From: an uncultured Bacteroides sp.
GTDB taxonomy: Bacteria > Bacteroidota > Bacteroidia > Bacteroidales > Bacteroidaceae
Direction: 5' to 3'
DNA length: 64,000 nucleotides
NCBI GenBank assembly: GCA_958477465.1
Contig: CAUEFX010000010.1
Location: 8,940 to 72,939 of the forward strand
Shown here one piece after another: positions 62,829 to 64,000 of the stretch. A program made the position numbers and the translations under genes. Below the pieces are notes generated by a model, which ran no database searches, was not told the origin of the DNA, and worked only from the letters and a program-made list of their open reading frames with translations. How positions within the stretch are numbered: the stretch's first letter is position 1; each line of letters starts with the position of its first letter.

Positions 62829-63743
62829 TTATCTTTTCGGAGTCTGACGCAAAGTGTAAATCTTAGAACTCCAAGGTGAGTAGGTACGCTTTACTTTGTT
62901 GATGGTCAGAATCATGTCTTCGATGTCGTGCGCATCATTCATGAATTCGTGCAGAGCCATGGCAATGGCAGCGGCTTCTTCTCCGGAGTGACTGCCCAGA
63001 TTTTTCTCTTTGGCTTCTGCCTTATCAGTGACTCCCGTTGCTTTCATTGCATTTTTCTTACCTAACTTGATTGCAATGTTACCTACTATTTTGAATGAAA
63101 CATACAATAATATCAAACCGATAAACACAACCGACATTGCAATGATAGCCATACCAAAGCCGTCTTCATCGTGTTTCTTGAAGTTCTCTATCTTTTCATT
63201 CTTATCCAGAGTCATATTATTGGTGCTCGGAGTTACATAGCTGTATTCTTCTCCCCCTTTTATAACCCAATTTTCACTTCCGTCCTCTTGGCGGGCATAC
63301 GACTGATCTGCAAGCATTCCGGCGGGAACAGTTACTTCGTCAATCAATGTTTTTCCGTTTGAGTCATACAAGGCAATGTAGTTTTCCTTGTTGGGGTCGA
63401 GCGTAAAGTTCACATGGAACGTTCCGCGATTAGGCATCCCGTCTGCCCAAAACAGAGTGTGTTGACGAGGCTTGATCTGTGTCAGTACATCTCCTTTGGG
63501 AATAGGATATTTGGTCGGATTTTCTTTATCGTTCGTTAGATAGCAGCCTTCGATATTGACTGTGGCAAAAGAGGTGTTGAATATCTCTATCCATGCATTA
63601 TGCAAGCCGTAATCATCCTGATAATTCTGTTCGTTGGTTACCAGAACTTCGTTGATTTTAAGGCTTGTGGCTCTTTGTGCGTTCAGCCCTAAGCAAACAA
63701 CTGCTACAAACGCGATAAATATCCCAATTCTTTTTTTATTCAT
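62829..63743 (-). CDS. OadG/MmdD-type subunit with lamin-tail-like domain
   Basis: INEVL..WIEIFN domain, TM AMSVVFIGLILL, AAAIAMAL, SPWSSK. Confidence 0.8.
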   Translation of the reverse strand: MNKKRIGIFIAFVAVVCLGLNAQRATSLKINEVLVTNEQNYQDDYGLHNAWIEIFNTSFATVNIEGCYLTNDKENPTKYPIPKGDVLTQIKPRQHTLFWADGMPNRGTFHVNFTLDPNKENYIALYDSNGKTLIDEVTVPAGMLADQSYARQEDGSENWVIKGGEEYSYVTPSTNNMTLDKNEKIENFKKHDEDGFGMAIIAMSVVFIGLILLYVSFKIVGNIAIKLGKKNAMKATGVTDKAEAKEKNLGSHSGEEAAAIAMALHEFMNDAHDIEDMILTINKVKRTYSPWSSKIYTLRQTPKR

Positions 63744-63762
63744 AACAATCAGGTTTTATTTG

Positions 63763-64000
63763 TTACAATGGAATATTACCGTGCTTCTTGGCAGGGTTTG
63801 TTAGTTTCTTGGTCTGCAACTGTTGCAATGCGCGGATGATGCGGAAACGGGTGTTTCTCGGTTCGATAACGTCATCAATGTATCCATACTTGGCGGCATT
63901 ATACGGGTTGGCAAACAGTTTGGTGTATTCCGCTTCTTTATCTGCCAGGAATTGAGCCGGGTTTTCGTGCTCTTTGGCTTCTTTAGCATACAACACTTCC
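63763..64000 (-). CDS. mmdA: Methylmalonyl-CoA decarboxylase alpha (carboxyltransferase) subunit, 3' end only
   Basis: GYIDDVIEPRNTR...KKHGNIPL C-terminus; gene continues beyond the window. Confidence 0.9.
   Translation of the reverse strand, partial: EVLYAKEAKEHENPAQFLADKEAEYTKLFANPYNAAKYGYIDDVIEPRNTRFRIIRALQQLQTKKLTNPAKKHGNIPL

Overview
Bacteroidales (Parabacteroides/Bacteroides-like) chromosomal window. Positions ~0.7-27.5 kb are an integrated CTnDOT-related element inserted after mgsA. It carries an rteA/rteB/rteC-like regulatory cascade (no tetQ), mobA-mobB-mobC, a Dam-like methylase, a primase, an M23 peptidase, a DUF3945-like gene followed by an array of unknown paralogues, topB, a DHFR-like gene, two excisionases and a tyrosine integrase, but no tra/T4SS genes. 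The main observation: eight of the element's excision/transfer/DNA-processing genes are interrupted by 12 in-frame TGA codons, with no other nonsense codon or frameshift seen. Several fall exactly on family-conserved Trp positions, and every affected gene has one within its first ~90 codons. The integrase, regulators, cargo array and host genes have none, and host genes use TGA as a normal stop. This suggests an element-specific, probably conditional UGA->Trp readthrough switch controlling mobilisation (inference; mechanism unknown). The rest of the window is host DNA: an AraC/NAD(P)H-binding gene pair, a cobalamin-riboswitch-controlled giant LRR surface protein, a maltose/starch utilisation locus (GH65, MFS, LacI, SusC/D/E-F, two GH13) with LacI operators, rpmE2, fba, a TPR protein and a Na+-translocating methylmalonyl-CoA decarboxylase operon. 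All family assignments come from motif recognition; no database searches were run.
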